Of a stretch of 64,000 bases of DNA, positions 39,821-51,067 are shown one piece after another. A program made the position numbers and the translations under genes. This DNA is from Dehalococcoidia bacterium (GTDB lineage: Bacteria > Chloroflexota > Dehalococcoidia > Plut-88900): the NCBI GenBank assembly GCA_965207225.1, contig CBDBLV010000002.1, forward strand, positions 32,001 to 96,000, read 5' to 3'. The notes under the pieces were generated by a model that saw only the letters and a list, made by a program, of their open reading frames with translations, did not search any database and was not told where the DNA came from. Within the stretch, counting starts at the first letter, position 1, and the number at the start of each line of letters is the position of its first letter.

Positions 39821-40797
39821 CCGGAATTCGGTGCATCAATCGGCACGCCAATTTCATCCAACAGGATAACCGACCCGGCATCGCCTCCAATCATTTCTCC
39901 TATGATAGTCAGCCGAGTCTCCATCTCCCCCGAGGCCCTCTCCAACACCTCCCGAGGCCCCGCCACCAGCAGTTCATAGTCCTCCCCGGCGGTCAACGCC
40001 AGCCCCACGGCCTCAGGCCCGAAGGTCACCTTCACGTCGGTGGAAATAGGCAAATCATCCACTGACACCCGCGCCGTCAACCCGCTCATCCCGCACATCT
40101 TCGGCAGGTCCGACATAAGCCCGTCACTCAGGTCCATCGCCGCCCTCACCCCGGCCGCGAGCAGCGTCTGACCCTCTGTCACCCGTGGCACGGGCCTGTT
40201 GTGCGCCCCCTTCAACCTCTGTCCCACATCGCTGGGGACCTCAATCCCTTCATTCAACACTCTGAACCCGCCCCCCGAGCTCCCCAGCCACCCCGTCACC
40301 GCTATCAGGTCGCCCACCCTGGCAGCATCTCGCCGCAGATAACACCCCTGCCCCGGGGCCTCGCCAATCACAGCGACGTTTATCATCATGCATGGCCCCC
40401 CGACCATATCGCCCCCAACCACCCTGCACCCTAACTCATCCCCGATCTCCTTCATCCCTCGGTACAGTTCGGCCACATCTTCCACGTCGGTATCGGGGTT
40501 CAGCCCTAATGAGACCAGGGCATACCTGGGCACCCCCCCCATAGCCGCAATGTCGCTCAAATTGATAGCCAGCGCCTTCCAACCCAGCTCCCGACACGAA
40601 GTTGTTTCCAACCGAAAGTGTACGTTCTGTACCATCGTGTCCGTCGTAGCCAGCTCGACCCCCGACCCCGTCCGCCAGGCCGCCGTGTCGTCCCCGATGT
40701 CCAGCAGCACCCCATCCCCCTCACCCGGCGCCCCTGCACCTACTACATCGGCGATCATTTCCACTAGGCCAAACTCCCCCATCTCCGAAATCTTCAT
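39796..40797 (-). CDS. thiL: Thiamine-monophosphate kinase
   Basis: GEFGL, IGDDTA, NLSDIAAMG, DLSDGL and GEDYEL motifs. Confidence 0.95.
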   Translation of the reverse strand: MKISEMGEFGLVEMIADVVGAGAPGEGDGVLLDIGDDTAAWRTGSGVELATTDTMVQNVHFRLETTSCRELGWKALAINLSDIAAMGGVPRYALVSLGLNPDTDVEDVAELYRGMKEIGDELGCRVVGGDMVGGPCMMINVAVIGEAPGQGCYLRRDAARVGDLIAVTGWLGSSGGGFRVLNEGIEVPSDVGQRLKGAHNRPVPRVTEGQTLLAAGVRAAMDLSDGLMSDLPKMCGMSGLTARVSVDDLPISTDVKVTFGPEAVGLALTAGEDYELLVAGPREVLERASGEMETRLTIIGEMIGGDAGSVILLDEIGVPIDAPNSGWEHFSSR

Positions 40798-40909
40798 GCC
40801 GAAAATTATAATCGGAATTTCTAGGGGCTAATATGAGACCGTCACCTGTGGCGCCCCGACACCCCGCTTGCTATAGTTGAACCCCCGGTAAATCCGGGGC
40901 CCGAAACCC

Positions 40910-41647
40910 ATGCGCTCCCTAATCCTCGCCGACATCCACGCCAATCTCGAGGCCTTTCACGCCGTCCTCAACGACGCCCATTCCCGCGGCCCCGTCGACC
41001 AACTTTGGTCCCTCGGCGACATCGTCGGCTACGGCCCCAACCCCGCCGAAGTCATAGATCTCCTCAGGCAGCACGATCACGTCTCCGTGGCCGGAAATCA
41101 CGACTGGGCCGCCATCGGCAAGATCGACACCCGGGACTTCAACCCCTACGCCCGCGCCGCCGCCCAATGGACTCAGTCACACCTCTCCAAAGAGCATGCC
41201 GACTACCTGGACAGCCTTCCCCTAACCATCGAAAGAGGTGATTTCACCTTAGTCCACGGCACCCCCCGAGACCCGATCTGGGAATACCTGGTCAGCCAGA
41301 CCTCGGCCCTCGCCAGCCTCGAACACCTGCAGACCGGTCACTGCCTCGTCGGACATTCCCACATCCCATTCTTATGCCGCGTCGACCCCGACGCCCTCAC
41401 CTGCGAGTTCCTGGAATTCCCCACCGGCGTGCCCATCGAGTTGGACAAGGGCCCGCTCTTCATCAACCCCGGAGGCGTCGGCCAGCCCCGAGACCACGAC
41501 CCCACTTCCAACTACGCCATCTACGACAGCGACATCAACTCCATCTGTCACTACCGCGTCCCCTACGACATTCCTGCAACCCAGGAAAAGATGCGCCGGG
41601 CCAACCTCCCCGAGCCCCTCGTCACCCGCCTGAGCCGGGGCGTCTAG
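40910..41647 (+). CDS. Metallophosphoesterase family protein
   Basis: DIHAN, LGDIVGYG, GNHD, GHSH and NPGGVGQPRD motifs. Confidence 0.92.
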   Translation: MRSLILADIHANLEAFHAVLNDAHSRGPVDQLWSLGDIVGYGPNPAEVIDLLRQHDHVSVAGNHDWAAIGKIDTRDFNPYARAAAQWTQSHLSKEHADYLDSLPLTIERGDFTLVHGTPRDPIWEYLVSQTSALASLEHLQTGHCLVGHSHIPFLCRVDPDALTCEFLEFPTGVPIELDKGPLFINPGGVGQPRDHDPTSNYAIYDSDINSICHYRVPYDIPATQEKMRRANLPEPLVTRLSRGV

Positions 41648-41736
41648 CCCACCCCGTTTCCCGTTGTGGCAGCCCTTGTCGGTTGCTATAATCCGCCCAT
41701 CACCCCAAAGCCCCCGCCCCGGGGCAGGAGGTTCCA

Positions 41737-42765
41737 TTGGCAGCTCTCAAAATTGCTTACGGCTATCCTATTGCCCAGACTTACGTCGATAAGCTCAACG
41801 CACTTCCCGGCGTTGAACTCTTCGACCTCGTCGGCTTGCTCAAATCGGAGAAGGACGCAGCCTCTGACCACGGCCCCGACTCCCCCGAAGCCACCGCCGC
41901 CCGACAGAATGTTGACGACGTCATCGGCCAGATCGAGATCTATTACTCCGCCTCCCTCCCCGGAGGCCTGCCGAAGCGTGCCCCGAACCTCAAATGGCTC
42001 CAGTACGTCTGGGACGGCATCGATCTGGACGTCGGCCAAGACATCCTCGAATCTCCCATCGTCATCACCAACGCCCGACAGCTGTCCAATCGCAACATCG
42101 CCGAGTGGGTGATGATGTGCATCCTGATGTTCAGCAAGAAGCAGCCTCATCTCATCGCCGAAAGACGTGACAAGGTCTGGAGCGGCGATTTCTACGACCA
42201 GATGGAGTTAGAGGGTCAGACCGTTGGAGTCGTGGGCCTGGGCGCCATCGGCGGAGACGTCGCCCGGCTCTCCAAGGCCTTCGGCATGAAAGTCCTCGCA
42301 ACCCGCAGGACCGTAACCGGCCGGCAATACAACGTAGGCGACGTGGACGAGGTAATGCCCGCTTCGGAATTGGATGACCTCCTGAAACGCAGCGACTACA
42401 TAGCCCTCTGCGTTCCCGGCACACCCGGCACCCGACAGCTCATCACAGAACGCGAGCTGGACCTCATGGGCCCGACTTCTTTCCTCATTAACATCGCTCG
42501 CGGCAGCGTGGTTGATGAGGATGCCATGACCAGGGCCCTCAAAGAGAACCGCATTGCCGGCGCAGGCCTCGACGTTTTCGCCACCGAGCCCCTCCCTCAG
42601 GACAGTGAGCTCTGGGACTTGGACAACGTGATTTTCGCCTCGCACAAGGCCGGCGACGTTTTCGGATACGACGACCGTGTCGCCGACCTCTTCACCCGAA
42701 ACGTTGAGCGCTACATCAATGGCGAAGACCTTATCAACTTGGTAGACAAGAAAGCAGGCTACTAG
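41737..42765 (+). CDS. D-2-hydroxyacid dehydrogenase
   Basis: GLGAIG, INIARG and GAGLDVFATEPLP motifs. Confidence 0.9.
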   Translation: MAALKIAYGYPIAQTYVDKLNALPGVELFDLVGLLKSEKDAASDHGPDSPEATAARQNVDDVIGQIEIYYSASLPGGLPKRAPNLKWLQYVWDGIDLDVGQDILESPIVITNARQLSNRNIAEWVMMCILMFSKKQPHLIAERRDKVWSGDFYDQMELEGQTVGVVGLGAIGGDVARLSKAFGMKVLATRRTVTGRQYNVGDVDEVMPASELDDLLKRSDYIALCVPGTPGTRQLITERELDLMGPTSFLINIARGSVVDEDAMTRALKENRIAGAGLDVFATEPLPQDSELWDLDNVIFASHKAGDVFGYDDRVADLFTRNVERYINGEDLINLVDKKAGY

Positions 42766-42792
42766 ACCCCGCGCCCCCGTAAGGAGAAAGAG

Positions 42793-42978
42793 ATGCCCAG
42801 AGTCACCATAGACATGTACCCCGGCAGGACCAAGGCCCAGAAGGCAGAGCTCGCCCGAGTCATCACCGACGCCATGGTCACCATCGCCAAGACCCAGGCC
42901 GAGGCCGTGGACATCGTCTTCAACGACGTCTCCCAGGAGAGCTGGTCCTTCGGCGGCGTCCTCGCCTCCGACAGATAA
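42793..42978 (+). CDS. 4-Oxalocrotonate tautomerase family protein
   Basis: Pro1 after Met, GRT..QK and W..GG motifs; strong RBS. Confidence 0.9.
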   Translation: MPRVTIDMYPGRTKAQKAELARVITDAMVTIAKTQAEAVDIVFNDVSQESWSFGGVLASDR

Positions 42979-42997
42979 CCCCCTCCCCCTCCAACCA

Positions 42998-43146
42998 TCA
43001 TTCCCACGGAGGTGGGAAACCATCCCTCCTGAACAACCACCTGTGCATAGTCGTCATTCCGGCCCCCGGACCAGACTGCCTCATGGGTGGGGCATTCCGC
43101 TCGCCCTGAGCAGAGTCGAAGCATGTCCTGAGCTCCGTCGAAGGGG
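42998..43146. repeat. Cluster of REP-like palindromes upstream of the tRNA
   Basis: TTCCCAC-GGAG-GTGGGAA hairpin; 43091-43120 is the reverse complement of the 35131-35160 type. Confidence 0.55.
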
Positions 43147-43206
43147 GTCTCAAGAGCGGAATGGGTGGGGCTTCCTGGGTCGCCATCTCACCCGAGCAGG
43201 CTGACC

Positions 43207-44909
<1,703 letters not shown>

Positions 44910-44913
<4 letters not shown>

Positions 44914-45140
44914 GCCTGTCCTCCTTTGTCTTGGTCGGTCTTTGCAACCGTGCGGGAGCGCAGTCTCTCCAATCGCTCCCGTCTGCGCCACTCCCGCTCC
45001 TCCATGAACAGGCGTATACCCTGCCGGAGGAGCTCGCTCACGGAGAGGTCGTCCTCACGCATCACCCTCCGCACCTGGGCTTCCATCTCCGGGGGCAGCG
45101 AGAACGTGATGGTCTTGGATCGTCGGGTATTGGTCGGCAT
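44910..45140 (-). CDS. CopG-family ribbon-helix-helix protein coupled to the integrase
   Basis: KTITFSLPPEM....SVSELLRQGIR pattern; ATGA overlap with the integrase. Confidence 0.8.
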
Positions 45141-45233
45141 AGTCTCTCTAGGCTCGCATCTTACATTGCATTGTCTTACTCTACACTATCGGACGTCCAG
45201 CTTCAACTGCAATAGCCGTGGACAAGGCCGGAC

Positions 45234-46901
45234 TCACGGCCTTCCCATGAAGGCATGGCTGGGTTCCATCACGTCGGGATTGCGCCAGGCTTTGCCCAGC
45301 GGCCCCATCTTCTCCAGTCTCTCCCTATGCGACACCCAGAGCGGCAGGCTGACGCCGGAGTGCTCCATCTCCTGTCTGGCAACGCGGAGGAAGTTGGCCT
45401 CGGCCAGGGGGTCGTCGAAGACGATCAGCACCAGTGGGTGATGTCCGTGGTCTTCCAGGGGTCGGTTGGAGGAGTAGTAGCGAAGGTAGGGCTCGAGACG
45501 GGCTGCCATGGTGGAGGGGTTCACCGCCCTGCGCTCGTACTCTAGGAAGAAGGGCATGGCGCGTTCGTTGGCGTATACGATGCCGAAGCCGTCGGGATGG
45601 ACGGAGCGGAGGCTGCGGCCGTACCGGAAGTACCGGACGGCGTGATGGGGTGGCGCAACCTGCACCACACGGTAGCCCTTCGTTCCCTTCGCCTGCCGCT
45701 CCAGCGCAGCCATGAACCGGTGCACCGCCTGGGTGTGTTCGATGGTGCGGGCCAGGGGACGGCTTCGAGCGCCCGGCAGGTCTCGCCAGGACAACGGGGG
45801 ATGTTCGTCCATCGGCTCGACGCTCCAGCGGCGTACGGCAGCCCCCACGGAGGCCCGGTCCCTGCGGGCCAGGAGGGCCAGCCCTCCATCGCTGAGGGCA
45901 TAGCGGCGCTGGCCTGCAAAATTAGCCGGCGCGACCAAATCCAACCTGTTCAGACGCGCGGCCAGCCTCCACGTACGGGAGTCGGAGAGACCAAGGATGC
46001 CCGACAGGTCTTCGATGGTGACCAGAGGCCAATCGGCGAGGCAGTCCAGCATCCGCTTCTCGGCGGGCTTGAGGGCGGCGGGGAGCAGATGGTCGGCGGC
46101 GTCATCGTCAATATCGCTCAGGTCGGCGTCGTCGGGCAGAGAGAGCCTCGAAGTTGGTCGTTCCCAGGGCAACGTACCGCCCGTGCGTAGGCGAGCGAGT
46201 ATCTCGCTGATGGACATGAGTCCGGGAGTGGACGCTCCGTGCCACACCCTATCTTCGTCCGACAGGCTACCTGCCTCCCGCTCAAGGGCCAGGTACACCG
46301 GGCCGGGATAGGGGCTCAACAGCCGCCGTGCCTGGCGCAGCCTCGGCTCGTCGGGCATGAGAACAAGCAGAGCGCGGGGCCTGGGCTGCTCCTGGTCCAG
46401 GGTACGGCGCACCCGGTCGGAGAAGGATGTCCGGTCGGCGGTGGGACCCTGCCGCAGCACGCCGAAGGTCCGGTTGTCGGGGAGCAGCATGGCGGCGTCC
46501 AGCGGGGCGGCGCGATACCACCTGAAGCGGGGAGGGCCGACCGCGTCCGCCACCGCCGATGTCAGCCGGTAGACAACCGCCAGAGCGTCCAGCCGTGCCA
46601 GGAGGATGCGCCGCCAGTGGGCCGATGCCGGATGCGTCCGCAGAAGACTGTCGATGCCGACCCCGCTCTCCGAGGCCAGCGACCGCATCCCCTCTGCTGT
46701 GGCGTACCAACGCCTGGTGGTCGTTGTCAGGGGAGAGGCGTGGCGTATGGAGCCCGCCAACCCCTTCCGCCGCAGCTGGCCCAAGACGTGGCGGGCCGTG
46801 CTCTCGGCCATGTCCGATACGGCAGCCAACTCCAGGTAGTCGAGGAAGGGCATGGCCGCCAGGGTCCCCAGGGCCAGCCCTTCTCGTTCTCCTAGCCTCA
46901 T
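45234..46901 (-). CDS. Replication-relaxation (Replic_Relax-like) protein with two tandem wHTH+nuclease modules
   Basis: C-terminal HTQAVH..VHPDGFG..FFLEYER..RLEPY motifs; the N-terminal half is a degenerate copy; coupled to the VirD4-like gene. Confidence 0.7.
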   Translation of the reverse strand: MRLGEREGLALGTLAAMPFLDYLELAAVSDMAESTARHVLGQLRRKGLAGSIRHASPLTTTTRRWYATAEGMRSLASESGVGIDSLLRTHPASAHWRRILLARLDALAVVYRLTSAVADAVGPPRFRWYRAAPLDAAMLLPDNRTFGVLRQGPTADRTSFSDRVRRTLDQEQPRPRALLVLMPDEPRLRQARRLLSPYPGPVYLALEREAGSLSDEDRVWHGASTPGLMSISEILARLRTGGTLPWERPTSRLSLPDDADLSDIDDDAADHLLPAALKPAEKRMLDCLADWPLVTIEDLSGILGLSDSRTWRLAARLNRLDLVAPANFAGQRRYALSDGGLALLARRDRASVGAAVRRWSVEPMDEHPPLSWRDLPGARSRPLARTIEHTQAVHRFMAALERQAKGTKGYRVVQVAPPHHAVRYFRYGRSLRSVHPDGFGIVYANERAMPFFLEYERRAVNPSTMAARLEPYLRYYSSNRPLEDHGHHPLVLIVFDDPLAEANFLRVARQEMEHSGVSLPLWVSHRERLEKMGPLGKAWRNPDVMEPSHAFMGRP

Positions 46902-49543
46902 TCAACTCTTGTCCGGCCGCCGCCGGAACCGACGGGAGCGTCCTGGTTGCCGCCCCCGCGCCGCTTGCGGGGCCTCTTGTTCTTCTTGGGCTTGGGCTGG
47001 CTTGCCGTCCCTGCCCCGTTGCTTGTGTTAGAAGGGGGCGGATTCCCACCCGCCTGCTGCTGCCTCTGTTCCTCCTCCTCACGCTCCAGTTCATCCCGGT
47101 ACTCCTGCGCCATCTTGTCCACCTCTTGGTCCTGGGAGGCGATGACCTCAGCCGTGGTCGTGTACGTCTCGGCCCGCGCCTTCACCCGCTCCTCGGCCTC
47201 TGGACTCCCCGCCTCGGGCTCCCGCACTCCCAGGGAGTAGGTGGGCTGTCTCAGCCCGTCCACCGTGGCCCGCACGTAGCAGTGGTGCGTCGGCAGCGAC
47301 ACCAGGTCCTCCTCGTCCAACCTGTCCCTGTCCAGCTCTCCTATCAACTGCCGGGCGTCGGACGCCGCCACCTGGAACACGGCAAGGCACCCCACGTTGG
47401 CAAGGAGCGTGTCCTGCATGGTGTCCGACATCTCCTTCAGCCTAGCAAGGCTCTGGGTGGCCAGGATGAACGACGCCCCAAACTTGCCCAGCTCGGAAAG
47501 CATCGACTCGTAGTCCACCCCGGGCATGGCCTGCATCTCGTCCACCACCACCAGAGCCCCGCGCCTCTCCCCAGGCGGCAGGCTCCCCTGCTCCCTTATC
47601 ACCGCGTCCGTCAGGTTGAGCAAAGAGCCTCCCACCAGGCCGGACACGTCCTGCCCCGCAGCCGACTGGGAGGTGGCGACCAAGAGCACGCCGCCCTCGG
47701 CTATGACCTTCCGCAGGTCCAGGGTGGAGCGGCGCTGCCCCAGGATGGCCCTCGCCTTCTTCGACGTGGCGTAGTAGGCCAGGCGGGTCTGCACCGGGGC
47801 GACGGCGTCGGCCTTCAGCGTACGGGTCCAGTTGCGGAAGTCCCTGGCCCACCAGCCGATGACATAGGGGTCGGACACCCTCCTCAGCACCCGGTTGCGG
47901 TACTGAAGGTCCGACAGCATCCGCAGCCCGTCCAGGATGGTGCACTGCTCGTCCTCCTTCGTGTCCGGGTGGGTGTTGTACTCGTGCAGGCTCTTGACCG
48001 TGTGCTCCAGGATGGACTGCATCCTCGGCCCCCAGACCTGGTCCCACAGCCCCCTGGCGATGCGCACCACCGAGTCGGCAGTCCGGTCCCGGTCGGGGAA
48101 GATGCGGGCGTCCAGCAGGTTGATGCCCGGCGACCGTTCGTCGTCCTTCAGGTCGATGAGGTACGTCCTGTCCACGATCTCCTCGGGCACGTGCCGGAGC
48201 AGAGAGTTGACCAGGTCGTCGTGGGGATCGACCACCACGATGGCGTCCTCGTTGCGGCCCGCCGCCTTCTCCCGCATCTTGTGGACGACCAGGTGGTGCA
48301 TCAGCGTGGACTTGCCCATGCGGGTGCGGGCCACGTAGAGGTGGTGGCGGCCCATGGCGTCAGCGGGGAAGTGCACCTTCCTCGGCTTGCCGACAACGGT
48401 GTCTCCCACGTAGGCCCCGCCGGAGCCGTTCCTGGACGCGGGGGACAGCGCCTTGGCTCCGGCGCGGGCCACCATGGGCAGCTGGTCTCCCGCTCCCAGG
48501 GGATGCCACAGGGAGGCAAGCTCCCGCATCCCCAGCACGTTCCGGCCCGCCAGCAGGCTCCGCGCCGGCGGCACCGGCTCGGTCAGGGGGACCGCCGGGC
48601 GCACCTTGGTCGCCCTGAAGCTGGCCCCTGCGGGGTTGTTGTAGTGGCTGTAGGCCGCAGCCACGTTGCGCAATAGCTCCCTGGCCCTGTTCTCGGTGCC
48701 GTGCTCAGACAGCACGGCGGTCACCTCCAGCTGGGCCTCGTAGGCGAGTTTGGAGACCTTCTCCTTGATCATCACCGGGTCCTGGTACTTGCCGCCGGAG
48801 CGCCACTTCTTGAACCGCCATAACGCCCAGCCCGCCAGCGCCGCCAATGACACCACTCCCAATCCCAACAACACCGCCTTCCACGTCTCGCCACGCTGCA
48901 CCCACAGGTAGCCCTGGAGGGCGGGCAGGGCCAGCAACGCCAGGATGGTTATGGTGACCGCGTTGGTGCGGTCGATCCTGGGCTGTGCGCTGGAGGCGGA
49001 CGTGTTGGGGTCGTAGGCGGGCCTGGGGTTGGTCTTCTCCTGGTGGGCGGCGGACCAGTCCGAACCCAGTGACGATAGTCGCAGCCGGGACACCACCCGC
49101 TCACCCTCCTCTAGGTCGGACAACGAGCCGATGACGGAGATGAGGGGGTCGGAGCCGGGGTCCAGCAGGTCGTCGTCCCGGTAGGGACGCAGGGGCAGGT
49201 ACTCCGGCCCCCGGAGCCGCAGGTCCATCGACCACGCCTGCTCTCCCTCGGCCAGCCTGAGGGGGTCGTCCTCCGGGGCGATCTCGTTCACCCTGGCCTG
49301 GGGGTAGTGGACGCCCACCTGCTGGCGGACGAAGGAGCCCTCTCTACAGCGGGCCAGCAGGGTGACGCCGTCCGCGTCTCCGGCAATCTCCAGCGAGAAG
49401 GGTTCGGGGACCGCGATGGACTCCACCAGGTTCTGCACGCCCAGCATGGTGCGTTCGCCGGAGCGGGGCGGCGTGACGGCCATCAGCTTGACGGCGGGCT
49501 TCTCCCCGCCCTTGAACAACTTGGCTATCGGATTGAGTTTCAT
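46898..49543 (-). CDS. VirD4/TraG-like type IV coupling protein ATPase with two TM helices
   Basis: HHLYVARTRMGKST Walker A, VVDPH and VVVDEMQ Walker B, ILATQS; two hydrophobic segments. Confidence 0.8.
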   Translation of the reverse strand: MKLNPIAKLFKGGEKPAVKLMAVTPPRSGERTMLGVQNLVESIAVPEPFSLEIAGDADGVTLLARCREGSFVRQQVGVHYPQARVNEIAPEDDPLRLAEGEQAWSMDLRLRGPEYLPLRPYRDDDLLDPGSDPLISVIGSLSDLEEGERVVSRLRLSSLGSDWSAAHQEKTNPRPAYDPNTSASSAQPRIDRTNAVTITILALLALPALQGYLWVQRGETWKAVLLGLGVVSLAALAGWALWRFKKWRSGGKYQDPVMIKEKVSKLAYEAQLEVTAVLSEHGTENRARELLRNVAAAYSHYNNPAGASFRATKVRPAVPLTEPVPPARSLLAGRNVLGMRELASLWHPLGAGDQLPMVARAGAKALSPASRNGSGGAYVGDTVVGKPRKVHFPADAMGRHHLYVARTRMGKSTLMHHLVVHKMREKAAGRNEDAIVVVDPHDDLVNSLLRHVPEEIVDRTYLIDLKDDERSPGINLLDARIFPDRDRTADSVVRIARGLWDQVWGPRMQSILEHTVKSLHEYNTHPDTKEDEQCTILDGLRMLSDLQYRNRVLRRVSDPYVIGWWARDFRNWTRTLKADAVAPVQTRLAYYATSKKARAILGQRRSTLDLRKVIAEGGVLLVATSQSAAGQDVSGLVGGSLLNLTDAVIREQGSLPPGERRGALVVVDEMQAMPGVDYESMLSELGKFGASFILATQSLARLKEMSDTMQDTLLANVGCLAVFQVAASDARQLIGELDRDRLDEEDLVSLPTHHCYVRATVDGLRQPTYSLGVREPEAGSPEAEERVKARAETYTTTAEVIASQDQEVDKMAQEYRDELEREEEEQRQQQAGGNPPPSNTSNGAGTASQPKPKKNKRPRKRRGGGNQDAPVGSGGGRTRVE

Positions 49544-49925
49544 GGTGCATATTCTCCTTATTGTCTAGCGTCACAGCGAAAAGAACGCATGAGCTATTAT
49601 CGGCCATCCGACACGGGGAAAGCAAGGACCAGATGGCCGCAGAGGACGCTCACGACGCACCGACTCGGCCCGCCGCCTGAGCGCGGGCCGAGGAGCCTGA
49701 CGTGTCGGACTACAATCGCTCAGGGGCGGCTATCGCCCTGGGAGGGCAGTAAGGAGATTAGGAGCACATTGTAGAATACAATCTCGGTGATATCGGTAGC
49801 TGTTTGAAGGGGAATCCGGGATGCCTGTAGACAATCCGGCGAGCAGTTTTACTGCGGGTCAGTGCTAAGTCTATTGTACTGATTGTATTGTAGTCTGTTG
49901 TAGTTTCTGACGCAAGGAGAAGCCA

Positions 49926-50795
49926 ATGGTTGACCATGAGGAACCCAGCGTGGACGGGTCGAAGGGTGCTGGCGACGGCATGAGCATCCCTCTATCGGAT
50001 GCCCCCCTATCGGACGATCCCCTACTGGACCTGCTGGACGCTCTGGTGAATGACCGGGGCAAGGTGGCTGCGGCCGAGGCCCTGGGGGTGAACTACCGCA
50101 CTATGGTGACCTGCCACGAGTCTCGTCACGTGTCACGGCGGATGCGGAAGGCGCTGGCGGAGTTCAGGGACAAGCACGTTGACGGCGGTGATGCGCAGGA
50201 CGATGAGGCCGGGGACATTGTAGCGAGGGTAACGGCACTGGAAGAACGGGTGGCGGCGATGGAGGAAGCGTATGGAGCACTGGTGGAGACCGTCGAGGCC
50301 CAGGCGAGACAACTGACGGACTTGGAGCGCAATGCTGGAGGGTCGGAGGACGGGGCGGAGGAAGAGAAACGGGAGCCGAGCAAGCCTGATCCGGTCGGTG
50401 ATAACGATGGTCAGCGCAAGGAGTGGCAGCCACCACGACGGGATCACGGGCGTCCCGATGCCGGAGTGGTCACGTTGGAAGAGCAGCCGGACGAAGAGCA
50501 CGCCTTCGGGCCGGCTGCCCAGTTGGTAGCCGAGTGGCGCAGTCTAAGGACCCAGGGTGAGACAGCAGGCAGTCGGGTTGACCGGGCATGGGCCTCGGTG
50601 CGCCGTTGGGAGTTGGAGATAGCCATGCTCAGCGACTACGGCCTGACGCTGCCGCCGGAGACCGAACCCCTGGACGCTTCGCGCAGGGAAGACCACCTGC
50701 GGTGGCGGAAGGAGGCGCTGGCAGCGGCCTTGGCGAAAGCAAGGCGGCTGCGCTGGCTGAGGCGAGCACTCACCCTGGGTCTGCGATGGAGCTAG
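49926..50795 (+). CDS. Hypothetical protein (N-terminal HTH-like, coiled coil)
   Basis: AAEALGVNYRT HTH-like motif; AAGGAG RBS. Confidence 0.65.
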   Translation: MVDHEEPSVDGSKGAGDGMSIPLSDAPLSDDPLLDLLDALVNDRGKVAAAEALGVNYRTMVTCHESRHVSRRMRKALAEFRDKHVDGGDAQDDEAGDIVARVTALEERVAAMEEAYGALVETVEAQARQLTDLERNAGGSEDGAEEEKREPSKPDPVGDNDGQRKEWQPPRRDHGRPDAGVVTLEEQPDEEHAFGPAAQLVAEWRSLRTQGETAGSRVDRAWASVRRWELEIAMLSDYGLTLPPETEPLDASRREDHLRWRKEALAAALAKARRLRWLRRALTLGLRWS

Positions 50796-50816
50796 ACGCC
50801 CCGTAGCCGTGCCGCG

Positions 50817-50900
50817 ACCTAGGATAAGCACCATATCCACCCAGTCAATGAAGGGGGACCTGCCCAAGGCGTCGAGCAGCTGTCGGTCTGACAGAGACAG
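50817..50900 (-). pseudogene. Remnant of a Replic_Relax N-terminal wHTH
   Basis: LSLSDRQLLDALGRSPFIDWVDMVLILG resembles both module starts of 45234-46901. Confidence 0.45.
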
Positions 50901-51067
50901 GTTGAAGGAAGACTCTATGGAGAGTGATTTTGCTGCCAATAAGTTGTAGAATGTCAGATATTCGGAATAGACATTGAGAAATAGGGGCAATGAAGAACTT
51001 CGATACCCTAGTCGAAACTGTGCCGGTGCATGATCATCACCACTGGGCATCATAGAAGAGGAGACAC

